From Myxococcota bacterium (lineage in GTDB: Bacteria; Myxococcota_A; UBA9160; PR03): DNA of 64,000 nt. The position numbers and the translations under genes were made by a program. Shown piece by piece: positions 1-8,712 of this stretch (the stretch's first letter is position 1; each line of letters starts with the position of its first letter). The stretch lies in NCBI GenBank assembly GCA_041611735.1, contig JBFIML010000005.1, positions 1 through 64,000 on the forward strand, read 5' to 3'. The notes under the pieces are model-generated. The model was not told where the DNA came from, did no database searches, and worked only from the letters and a program-made list of their open reading frames with translations.

Positions 1-176
1 ACGGCGTCGAAGAGCGCTTCCTTGCTCTCGACGTAGAGGTAGACGGTGCCCTTGGCGACGCCCAGGCGCGCGGCCACGTCCGCCATCTGGGTGCGCCGGT
101 AGCCCTGTTCGAGGAAGACGGCGGAGGCGGCTTCGATCAGGACGTGGAAGCGGTCCTTGGGGATGGGGCGGGCCAT
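1..176 (-). CDS. TetR/AcrR-family transcriptional regulator (N-terminal part; runs off the window edge)
   Basis: Manual translation MARPIPKDRFHVLIEAASAVFLEQGYRRTQMADVAARLGVAKGTVYLYVESKEALF is a TetR HTH. Confidence 0.9.
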   Translation of the reverse strand, partial: MARPIPKDRFHVLIEAASAVFLEQGYRRTQMADVAARLGVAKGTVYLYVESKEALFDA

Positions 177-190
177 GGGGTCAGGATACA

Positions 191-209
191 TGACCGGTTA
201 AGTCAGTCA
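191..209. promoter_or_regulatory. Probable TetR operator (TGAC...GTCA inverted repeat)
   Basis: tgaccggttaagtcagtca, an AT-richer imperfect palindrome just upstream of the TetR start. Confidence 0.45.
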
Positions 210-567
210 ATAACCATTCGGGCCACTCTTTGACCCCCCCGGGGGCCGCCCCCCCCTCGGAGCGCCCGGGCCCCGCCGGAGCTGTCCCCGGGAGCGTCGA
301 CTCCCGACCTCGCGGGCCACAGGCTCGAGGGGTTGCCCTCGGAAGCCGCTTGTCTTCCTGCCAAACGCCGTGGGAAAATCCGCCCGGCCGACCCTTGGGA
401 AGGGGATCGTGCGATCGCGCCGACCACCGGCGCAACGCACCTCGTTCGATCGATCCGCCCGTCGCCGGTGGTGCTCCTGCCGAGCTTCCACGCGCCCGCT
501 TCCCGGGCCTGGCGGTCTTGTATCCGATCCCGTTCGGCACTCGTCGTGTCTCGAGGAAGGAGAGGCG

Positions 568-1989
568 ATGGTCGGGCGCAAACGATTCCCTGCGCGCGCG
601 TTTCCCCGCATCCAGGCCACGTTCTTCGCCATCGGCTGCCTCGTGCTGGCCGCCGGGCTCGTGCCCACGTTGCTCGCCTTGAACTGCGCCCCGCCCCCCG
701 CGGTGGAGCCCGACGACGTGCGCAGCATCGAAGACTTCGTGCGCTGCGTGAACGCCCGGCTCGCGGGCAACCCGAACGCCACCAGCGCCGACACCGTCCA
801 GTGCCTGCCGCCCAAGTGCACGATCACGCTCACCATGAGCAACATCAGCGCCCAGCCGGCCTGCTTCACCGGCGAGTGCCAGATGCCCCGCGTGCTCCTC
901 ACCTGCCCGGGCCCGCCGCTCTTCATGCCGTCCTACCTGCTGTGTCCGAGCGACGAGGGCAGTGAACGCATCGAGATCGGCGAGGCCGTCGACGTGGATG
1001 GGAACATGCGCATGGCCGACATCCACATCGTGCCCGGGCCCTTCATGGCCATCGACGAGACGGCGGTCATCAGCACCAACGACAGCAAGGGCTGCAACAG
1101 CAACGGGCTCACCTGCCACGTCTCGCACGGGCCCCAGCAGTACTCGGAGCCGATCGATCCCTTCGACGGATCCGAAGGCAGCAACGGCAACCCGGATTGC
1201 ATCATCGCCACCGACCGCTGCGACCAGGCCGCCATCCAGGAGGAGAAGGGCTGCTTCCCGACCAACGACGACCCGCGCGTGGTCCGGCCGCAATCCCTCT
1301 CCAAGGTGTGCGAGTGCATCCGGGAGGGCAACGACGATCCCCAACACGAGCTCTCCATGGAGGACCGGGGCCCCCTGGTGGAGGCGCTCTGCGACGCCCT
1401 CGAGGGCTATCAGAGCAGCCGCGGCGCCTGTGCGGTCGTCGGCTGCCCGGCCGCTTCCGGTCCGGAGTGCGACGACCTCCTGGCCCCGTGCGATCCCGAG
1501 ACGGGCGCTCCGCTGGACGTGGCGTCCGGATACCACTGCCAGGCGGTGGAGGAGGACCTCTTCCAGTGCGTGGCGGACTGTCCGTGCCGGGGCTGGGACC
1601 TGCTGGGCGGAGGCAAGTTCCTGGTCAACACGGCGGTCTCCATGGTGCGCCTCGAGCTGGACGGCCTGGTGCCGACGCCGGATCCCGGCTCGTTCACCGA
1701 TGCGGACGGCGTCACCGGCGAGCTCGAGGCCTTCAACTACCTGACCCGGACCCTGGTCCAGGCGGTCTCGTTCTCGTCCCTGGAGGCCACCCAGACCGGC
1801 GCGGACTTCTCCGCCAGCGGGACGGGCACTGCCCTGGTGAATGGCGTCCCCACGAACATCGCGTTCACCGCCACCCAGACCGGGACCGTGGCCACGTTCG
1901 AGGTCCAGGACGCCGACACCTCGGCGGTGCTGGCCGGGGGCACCGGAGAGGACAACCGGGCCGCCTTCCAGTTGACGGTGACGCCGTAG
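568..1989 (+). CDS. Secreted cysteine-rich hypothetical protein
   Basis: AAGGAG RBS before ATG 568; hydrophobic signal-like N-terminus; about 24 Cys; beta-rich C-terminus; strong GC3 bias. Confidence 0.8.
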   Translation: MVGRKRFPARAFPRIQATFFAIGCLVLAAGLVPTLLALNCAPPPAVEPDDVRSIEDFVRCVNARLAGNPNATSADTVQCLPPKCTITLTMSNISAQPACFTGECQMPRVLLTCPGPPLFMPSYLLCPSDEGSERIEIGEAVDVDGNMRMADIHIVPGPFMAIDETAVISTNDSKGCNSNGLTCHVSHGPQQYSEPIDPFDGSEGSNGNPDCIIATDRCDQAAIQEEKGCFPTNDDPRVVRPQSLSKVCECIREGNDDPQHELSMEDRGPLVEALCDALEGYQSSRGACAVVGCPAASGPECDDLLAPCDPETGAPLDVASGYHCQAVEEDLFQCVADCPCRGWDLLGGGKFLVNTAVSMVRLELDGLVPTPDPGSFTDADGVTGELEAFNYLTRTLVQAVSFSSLEATQTGADFSASGTGTALVNGVPTNIAFTATQTGTVATFEVQDADTSAVLAGGTGEDNRAAFQLTVTP

Positions 1990-2013
1990 CACGGGGTCCC
2001 GAAGGAGAATGCC

Positions 2014-2583
2014 ATGCTGCGTCGATCGCGAGGGGTGGTGGCGCTGCTGGGCGCGATGGCGTTGGTCGCCGCGAGCTCCAGCGCGCTCGCCCTCCCGCTG
2101 GTTCGCTACAGCGTGAACGATCTCGGTGGGGGGCTGTTCAAGTACAACCTGATCGTGGACAACCAGGGTGGCAGCGAGGCGCTGAGCGGCCTCAACGTCC
2201 TCAAGGGCAATAGCGTCTTCGGCCTGACCAGCGGGAGCGTGATCAACGCCCCGGTGGACTGGCTCTACTTCGCGCCACTTCCTCCCCTGATCGATGACCT
2301 CGACTACTTCTCGCTGGATCCCGGCGCAGACGTGCCCATCGACGGGGTGCTGGGCGGCTTCTCCTTCCGCAGCACCCGAAACCCGGACACCCTGGCGGGC
2401 GACGACTTCGCCGTGGAGGGGATCGGCGGCGACTCGGCCAGCCAGATCGACCTCGGCGTGGCGATCCTGGTGCCGGAGCCCGCGACGGCGCTCCTCCTGG
2501 GCAGCGGGCTACTCGGCCTCGCCCTGGGGCGGGGCCGGCGCCGGGTCCCGGCAGCGTGGCCGCGTCGAAGGCGGTCGGGTTGA
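2014..2583 (+). CDS. PEP-CTERM sorting-domain protein
   Basis: Signal peptide; C-terminal VPEPATALLLGSGLLGLALGRGRRR. Confidence 0.92.
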   Translation: MLRRSRGVVALLGAMALVAASSSALALPLVRYSVNDLGGGLFKYNLIVDNQGGSEALSGLNVLKGNSVFGLTSGSVINAPVDWLYFAPLPPLIDDLDYFSLDPGADVPIDGVLGGFSFRSTRNPDTLAGDDFAVEGIGGDSASQIDLGVAILVPEPATALLLGSGLLGLALGRGRRRVPAAWPRRRRSG

Positions 2584-2866
2584 AGCTCATCTGGAACCCC
2601 GAAGTGTGGACGAAGCTCGGCAGGCCAGGGGGCACCGGCTGGCCCGCAAAGAACGCCTCGATCGGAGCCAGGAAGAACGGAGTGATCAGGTCGAACGAAT
2701 CGTCTTGACCATCCGTAAAGTCGGTGAGGCCGATGGCGTCGTCCGAGAAGCGCAAGGTCAGATCCGGCGCGCCGTTGGGGCGATTCACCAACTGAACCGT
2801 GCCTCCCTCCACGAAGAAGCCGTAGGAGATGCCATTCGAGAAGACCGACGTCGAGGAGGGGACCTC
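2560..2866 (-). pseudogene. Fragment of a secreted/surface protein gene
   Basis: Protein-like frame EVPSSTSVFSNGISYGFFVEGGTVQLVNRPNGAPDLTLRFSDD...MSFNPTAFDAATLP with no proper start, running into the 3' end of the PEP-CTERM gene. Confidence 0.4.
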
Positions 2867-2888
2867 CTACTTCGACGGGTGGCGATCC

Positions 2889-3539
2889 TCAGCGGACGGC
2901 CCGATGCGCCCTCCAGACCCAGAGCAGCTTGAAGAGGCCGGCGATCCCCAGCAGTAGCGCCCCCACTGCGCTGCGCACGAACACGAAATCGAAGCGGGAC
3001 TTCACGGGGAACACCTGCGTCTTCTCGATCGATGCCCACTTGTGGACGACCACGTCCCGGGCGCTCAGCTCCACCGCCATCTCCAGCAGGTCGCGACGGC
3101 TGCGATAGCGCACCAGGGCCACGTCGTCCCAGACGTCGGCGCCCTCGGGCTGGAGGAAGGTGCCCGCCGGGGCGCCCAGGAAGACGGGCAGCGCCGCGCG
3201 CCGCAGCAACGCCGGAGCGATCAGCCGGTCGTAGCGGTCGGCGGCGGCTCGCACGTCGTCGTCGTAGTCGTAGCCCGGGGGATAGACGGCCTTCTCCCGG
3301 TAGCGCATCAGGTTCAGCATGAAGAACTCGGCACCGTCGTCCTGCTGGGCGAGGGCGCGAAGCGACTCCACCAGCTCGGGGTCGGCTCGGCCCCGCTCCT
3401 GGGCGTGCGACTCCATGGCGGCAAGCAGGGCCTCGGCCTCCTGTCGGGTCAGCGGCTCGCCGCTCCCGCCGTACCAGACCCAGAAGACCCCGAACACCGC
3501 CAGCAGAGCCAGCGCCACGACGCGCGGTCCCGTCCACAT
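2889..3539 (-). CDS. DUF1330-like membrane-anchored protein
   Basis: FFMLNLMRYREKA and WDDVALVRYRSRRDLLEM motifs; N- and C-terminal TM helices. Confidence 0.7.
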   Translation of the reverse strand: MWTGPRVVALALLAVFGVFWVWYGGSGEPLTRQEAEALLAAMESHAQERGRADPELVESLRALAQQDDGAEFFMLNLMRYREKAVYPPGYDYDDDVRAAADRYDRLIAPALLRRAALPVFLGAPAGTFLQPEGADVWDDVALVRYRSRRDLLEMAVELSARDVVVHKWASIEKTQVFPVKSRFDFVFVRSAVGALLLGIAGLFKLLWVWRAHRAVR

Positions 3540-3565
3540 GTCGTCTCTCCTCTCGAGTATGCTAG

Positions 3566-6016
3566 GTGGCGCGAGAGGCAACGGAAACCCTGCAAGAGGT
3601 CCGGTCGGTGCAACGCCCCGCCGCGTTCTACCTGGGTGTCTTCCTGATCACGCTCTGCACCCTGGTGCATCAGGTGGTGGCGACGCGCATCATCAGCGTG
3701 CTCACCTGGTACCATCTGGCCTTCCTCTCCATCTCGCTGGCGATGCTGGGCATGACGGCCGCAGGCCTGTACGTCTACCTGGGGGCTCCCGTCCCCAGCC
3801 CCCAGCGGACGCGTCGCGTCCTGGTCTCGCACTCGCTCTGGTTTGCGCTCAGCCTGCCGCTCTGTCACGTGGCATTGATCTCCCTGCGGCTTCCCGACGC
3901 CGTGCGCCCGTGGTCCGCCGACCTGGCGACCCTGGCACTGGCGGTGGGACTGGCCGGGCTGCCCTTCTTCTTCGCGGGCGTCGTGGTGGCGGTGGCGCTC
4001 ACGGAGACGCCGCTGCCGACCGGGCGTATCTACGGCTTCGACCTGCTCGGGGCCGCGCTCGGCTGCCTGGTCGCGGTCTCGCTGCTGGGCGTCCTCGACC
4101 CGAGCAGCACCTATCTCGCCATCGGCTCCGGGGCGGCCGTGGCGGCGCTGGCCTTCTCCGTGGGCGTGGAGGGCCGGGCGTCGCGGCCGGCCGCCGGGCT
4201 CGCGCTGCTGCTCGGCGCGCTCGCCGTCGCCAACAGCGCCACGTACCCCGACCTGATCTGGGTCTCGCGCATGAATGGAATGCCCGTCCCGACCCAGAAC
4301 GTCGTGCTCGACCGCTGGAACAACCACTCGCGCGTGGTCGCCTGGCAGGGTGAGGAGGCGGCGCCCTTCTTCTGGGGGCCGGGCCGGACGCTCGCCACCG
4401 GGCGCCTGCCCGAAGTTCGGAGCGTGTCCATCCAGATCGACGGGGCCGCGTATACCGCAGCGACCCGATTCGACGGCGACCCGAAGAGCGTCGGCTGGGT
4501 GCGCCACGACGTGACCAGTCTCGGGCACCAGATCCGCGGCCGGGGCGCGATCGCCGTGATCGGCGTCGGCGGCGGACGCGACCTGCTCACCGCCATCGGT
4601 TTCGGCGCCGACCGCGTCGTCGGGATCGAGGTGAACGGGATCCTCGTGGACCTGCTCCGAGAGCGACTCCGCGGCTTCACCCGCCTCGTGGACCGCGACG
4701 ATGTCACCCTGGTGCACGACGACGGACGCAGCTGGATGGCGGGTACGGATCAGCGCTTCGACCTGATCCAGATGGCCTTGATCGACACCTTCGCGTCCAC
4801 CAGCGCCGGCGCCATGAGCCTGACCGAGAACGGTCTCTACACGCGCGAGGCCTGGAACACGTTCCTGGAGCGTCTGAATCCGCACGGCGTCTTTGCGCTC
4901 TCCCGCTACTACCACCCGCGTCGCATCAGCGAGGCGGCGCGTGCTGTTTCGCTGGCCGTCGATACCTTGCTGGCCCGCGGCAGCGAGAACCCGTCCGACC
5001 ATCTGGTGCTCGCCACCGCCGGGGTCGTCTCCACCCTGCTCGTGGGTCGCGATCCGCTGTCACCTGCCGACCTCGGGAGGCTGCGCGCCGTGATCGAGCA
5101 GGAGGGCTTCACGCCCGTCGCCCTGCCCGGGCAGCCCGCGCAGGATCCGATCCTGCGCAGGATCCTCGAGGCCCGCAGCGCGGAGGGTCTCGCCGCCGCA
5201 ACCCGGCATCCCCACTTCGACCTGAGTGCCAGCAGCGACGACCGCCCGTTCTTCTTCAACATGCTCAAGCTCTCGGCCTGGCGCAGCCTGTCCGACGAGC
5301 TGATGGGCGGCGTGGTCGTCGGCAACCTGCGCGCCACCCAGACCCTGGTGGGCCTGCTGCTCGTGGTGCTGCTGCTGACGGCGGCCACGATCCTAGGTCC
5401 GCTCCTCGTGCGCGGACGGCGGCACGGACTGGAGACGCGGACCTTCGTGGCCTCCACCAGCTACTTCTCGCTGATCGGCCTGGGCTTCATGCTGGTGGAG
5501 ATCGGTCTGATCCAGAAGTTCTCCATCCTGCTCGGCCACCCGATCCGTTCGATGGCGATCACGTTGATGTCGATGATCCTCGCCACCGGTCTCGGCAGCC
5601 TCGCCTCGGATCGCATCGCGGCGGCGCCCGCGTGGCGACTGGCGTGGCTTCCCGCCCTGGCGGCGCTGTGCATCGCCGCCGGGGCGCTCGCGGTGCAGGG
5701 GGCGATCGACGCCACGATGGCGGCGCCGTTGGCGGTGCGCGCGGCGGTGGTGGTGGGCTTCACCTTCCCAATCGGCTTCAGCCTGGGCGCCTTCTTCCCG
5801 ATCGGCCTGGCGCGCCTGCGCAGCCGGAGCCCGGTGGTCCAGTCCTGGATGTGGGGCTTGAACGGAGCGCTCGGCGTCCTGGGGAGCCTGGGCTCGATCG
5901 TGATCGGCATGACGCTCGGGATCCGGGCCTGTCTGCTGCTCGGCGCGGCCTGCTACCTGCTGCTCTCGGTCCCGGCCTGGCACCTGTACCGCCGCGCCGA
6001 GGCGCCCGTGGTCTAG
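3566..6016 (+). CDS. Polytopic membrane protein with central spermidine-synthase-like SAM-dependent methyltransferase domain
   Basis: TM blocks flank VIGVGGGRD, GIEVN, DDGRS, FDLIQ, LTENGLYTREA and DDRPFFF motifs. Confidence 0.85.
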   Translation: MAREATETLQEVRSVQRPAAFYLGVFLITLCTLVHQVVATRIISVLTWYHLAFLSISLAMLGMTAAGLYVYLGAPVPSPQRTRRVLVSHSLWFALSLPLCHVALISLRLPDAVRPWSADLATLALAVGLAGLPFFFAGVVVAVALTETPLPTGRIYGFDLLGAALGCLVAVSLLGVLDPSSTYLAIGSGAAVAALAFSVGVEGRASRPAAGLALLLGALAVANSATYPDLIWVSRMNGMPVPTQNVVLDRWNNHSRVVAWQGEEAAPFFWGPGRTLATGRLPEVRSVSIQIDGAAYTAATRFDGDPKSVGWVRHDVTSLGHQIRGRGAIAVIGVGGGRDLLTAIGFGADRVVGIEVNGILVDLLRERLRGFTRLVDRDDVTLVHDDGRSWMAGTDQRFDLIQMALIDTFASTSAGAMSLTENGLYTREAWNTFLERLNPHGVFALSRYYHPRRISEAARAVSLAVDTLLARGSENPSDHLVLATAGVVSTLLVGRDPLSPADLGRLRAVIEQEGFTPVALPGQPAQDPILRRILEARSAEGLAAATRHPHFDLSASSDDRPFFFNMLKLSAWRSLSDELMGGVVVGNLRATQTLVGLLLVVLLLTAATILGPLLVRGRRHGLETRTFVASTSYFSLIGLGFMLVEIGLIQKFSILLGHPIRSMAITLMSMILATGLGSLASDRIAAAPAWRLAWLPALAALCIAAGALAVQGAIDATMAAPLAVRAAVVVGFTFPIGFSLGAFFPIGLARLRSRSPVVQSWMWGLNGALGVLGSLGSIVIGMTLGIRACLLLGAACYLLLSVPAWHLYRRAEAPVV

Positions 6017-6108
6017 CGGCGATTCAATCGTGTCCGCACCCGAGCGCGCTCCGGCCGAGCTGGAGTCCGCCTACCGAGTGCACGGGCTGGATTCTCTGAC
6101 GGTCAAGA

Positions 6109-6342
6109 ATGATGGTGGATTGGGCGAGCCAATCGATACGACCTTCGGTCGTCTCCGGCAAGATCGAGCTCGAAGGCGAACCCCTCGAGGAAGGCCACCG
6201 CGTCATCGTGCTGGTCCGCGACGAGAAGGAGAGCTCCGAGCTTCTCCCCGACCTCGAAGCGGAGCTTCTCGCCTCGATTGAGGAGGCAGATTCCGGCGCG
6301 CTTCTTGAAGGCTCCAAGGTCCTCCGTCAGATCCGCTCGTAG
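6109..6342 (+). CDS. Putative antitoxin partner of the downstream RelE/ParE toxin (start uncertain)
   Basis: Small acidic ORF (VVSGKIELEGEPLEEG...EAELLASIEEADSG) abutting a RelE/ParE gene. Confidence 0.6.
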   Translation: MMVDWASQSIRPSVVSGKIELEGEPLEEGHRVIVLVRDEKESSELLPDLEAELLASIEEADSGALLEGSKVLRQIRS

Positions 6343-6344
6343 CT

Positions 6345-6651
6345 GTGGCCTTGCCCGCCTCTGTTCCGGTCACCCGCCGAGCCAGCGCCGAGATCCGTGC
6401 CGCAGCCGAGTGGTGGCGTGCAAACAGGCCGGCGGCGCTGGAAGCTTTCGCCGAGGATCTCGCGGAGGCCTTTGCTCTCATCGCAGCTCAGCCCGGTATC
6501 GGGGTGCCCGGTCGCAACGCGAGGCTTGCCGGGGTCCGGCGGGTGTGTCTCTCGCGCCTCCGGTACTACCTCTACTACCGCGCAACCAGCAAACGGTGTG
6601 CATGTGCTCGCCTTCTGGCACGCCAGTCGAGGGACAAGCCCAGGCGTATAG
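6345..6651 (+). pseudogene. RelE/ParE-family toxin, frameshifted near 6590
   Basis: RRASAEIRAAAEWWRANRP...VRRVCLSRLRYYLYYR in one frame; the C-terminal VHVLAFWHASRG lies in another. Confidence 0.75.
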
Positions 6652-6686
6652 TCTCTTGAGCGGTCTAGGCGCTGCAGGACGGGGTC

Positions 6687-6895
6687 TTGGTCGTTCAGGT
6701 GCCCCTTCTTCAGGGATGCGTGAGCCAGGTGGCCACGCGCCAGGAGGCCCTCGCGAACGTCCAAGAGGCGATCGTGGCGTATTCGGAAGGCGTCAACCAG
6801 CGCGGCGAGCCGATTTCCCCCGAGCATCAACCAAGAGCTGGTCGACGTCTCTGTCTGAGCAAGCTTGCCATGATCTCGGGACGGGAAGCTGTGCC
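6687..6895 (+). pseudogene. HicB antitoxin and truncated HicA toxin remnants
   Basis: VPLLQGCVSQVATRQEALANVQEAI (HicB-like) followed by LSKLAMISGREAV (HicA N-terminus), then breaks off. Confidence 0.7.
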
Positions 6896-7016
6896 ATGCA
6901 GCTGAGCTCGCGATCCTTAAGGGCGGCACGAAGGCGTTGACCCGCCACCTCACGCGGCTACGCTTATGCCCGCCGGTTCCCCCCAATCGCCTTCACCGAC
7001 GCGAATGGAGGGGAGC

Positions 7017-7718
7017 ATGCGCCTCGGCATCCTGTTTTCGGTGGTTATTGCGTTCTCACCAGCTCGAGCGGTGGCCGCTCCGGTCGTCGTAGCAGGGTTT
7101 ACCTTTTCGGCGGGCGAAGAGGCTTTCGCCGACTACGCCGAGCTTGTATCCGGCTCGATTCGCTTATGCGGCGCGACAAATTCCATTGCTTCCGCGCTCA
7201 CGGGAAGCGATCTACTCGATTGCATCAACAGTGCAGACTCGGCAGGCGGCATTGTTGAAGTCTTGTTTACTAACAACGTGATCGTCAATGGCCCCGGGCC
7301 TGACCTGGTAATCTTCGAACTCTCCGGCCCGCTCGGCGGCGGCACGCCGGATGCAAGAGAGGTCTTCGGGGTCAGCGTCTTTGACGGCGCGTCCTTTAGT
7401 GCGTTTCAGACCGTTACTCCGGTCGATACAGGGTTTCGCACCACCGGCGGTGTCAATCCAAACGGCGTCTTCGCCGTGCAGCTCGACATGTCGACCTTCG
7501 GCCTTGCCGCCGATGCATCAACGGATCGCATCAGGTTACACATCTACAACGTGAACCTCGGCACCAAGTCGGGTGACATCACCGCCTTGGGCGCCCTGAA
7601 TTCCGGCGCGCCCATACCCGAGCCGGGTACGGCCCTGTTGCTCGTTCTCGGACTGATCGTACTGCGCCTGGCAGCCATCCAAAGGCGCTGGGCTGATGCG
7701 ACTGCTGATTGGCGTTGA
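7017..7718 (+). CDS. PEP-CTERM sorting-domain protein
   Basis: Signal peptide; NGPGPDLVIFE motif; C-terminal IPEPGTALLLVLGLIVLR; visibly lower GC than its neighbours. Confidence 0.88.
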   Translation: MRLGILFSVVIAFSPARAVAAPVVVAGFTFSAGEEAFADYAELVSGSIRLCGATNSIASALTGSDLLDCINSADSAGGIVEVLFTNNVIVNGPGPDLVIFELSGPLGGGTPDAREVFGVSVFDGASFSAFQTVTPVDTGFRTTGGVNPNGVFAVQLDMSTFGLAADASTDRIRLHIYNVNLGTKSGDITALGALNSGAPIPEPGTALLLVLGLIVLRLAAIQRRWADATADWR

Positions 7719-7939
7719 GCCAGGCCGCGTTAAGCCGAGGGATCCCCTCGACTCCGATATTGTTGAGGTGTCGCTCTTAGGAGTTGGGTGGCGTCAAGTA
7801 TGGCCATTTTGGGCGACGGCTTTCCCATGATTACGACGTACGGCTAATTTTCGGAGTCCTATGTGGCGACACCCTAAGAATCGAGGTGTGCGCCACCTGG
7901 GCAATCGATGGGGATGGGATGCCGCGCCTCCCTCGCGCT

Positions 7940-8081
7940 GCTGAACGGTGCGCACCAGCTGCGGCAGGTCTCGATCGACATTGGGGGGCGCCAAACGCGA
8001 TCCGATCGTGGCGCCGCTCACGTACGGCGACTTCCTCGCCGGTGCGGCGCGGTCGCCTTCGCGCTCATGCGCCTGTTCCTT
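7940..8081 (+). repeat. attC-like imperfect palindrome (degenerate)
   Basis: Left arm gaacggtgcgcaccagctgcg versus reverse complement of right arm gaacaggcgcatgagcgcg; AAC...GTT ends; about 140 bp. Confidence 0.45.
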
Positions 8082-8159
8082 CCCTGAAAAGTCGCTACCG
8101 CTTTCCCCCGCCCCCGGGTTAGGCTGCGCTCTCGCAATCGAACGGAAGGAGCCTTGAGG

Positions 8160-8576
8160 ATGACGACCCCGCTCTGGTGCCTGCTGGGATTCGCGGCCTG
8201 GGCCTTGTTCCTGACCTTTCTTCTTCTCGTCGTGCGCTCGTCGCAGGTGTTGAGCGGAAAGAAGAAGTCGAACGAGTTTCCGAGCGGCCTCCAGCACGGA
8301 AGCGATGCGGAGTGGCGACTCAACCGCGCCCAGATCAACACGCTCGAGTACCTGCCGCTGTTCGGCGCCCTGGTTTGCGTCGGCGCGTTGGCCGGCCTCA
8401 GCCACTCGACCTTCGAGACCGCCTCGCTGGCAGCACTCGTCGGTCGCGTGGGCCAGTCGACGACGCACCTGATCTCGACCAGCGTGATGGCGGTGAACGT
8501 TCGCGTGACGTTCTTCGGCGTCCAGCTGATCGCGTGGACGGCGATGGCCGTGATCCTCGTGCGCGCGTACGCTTAA
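8160..8576 (+). CDS. MAPEG family protein
   Basis: Four hydrophobic segments; RLNRAQINTLEYLPLF and GRVGQSTTH motifs. Confidence 0.88.
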   Translation: MTTPLWCLLGFAAWALFLTFLLLVVRSSQVLSGKKKSNEFPSGLQHGSDAEWRLNRAQINTLEYLPLFGALVCVGALAGLSHSTFETASLAALVGRVGQSTTHLISTSVMAVNVRVTFFGVQLIAWTAMAVILVRAYA

Positions 8577-8712
8577 CGGTCGCCCTGCTCTGGAATCGGT
8601 ACGCCCATGCGGTGCTGACCACAGCGCCCGCTGGCCGACATCACCATCAGGGTGACGACGGCGAGAACGACGGCCAAGACCAGCGCCAAACGCATTCCGC
8701 AACGGTACTTTC

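Noticed and set aside
7983-8010. GGGGGCG as a possible tmRNA 5' end
   Set aside because: Lacks the following TTCGAC-type motif, is 5.6 kb from the 3' fragment, and lies inside an attC-like palindrome
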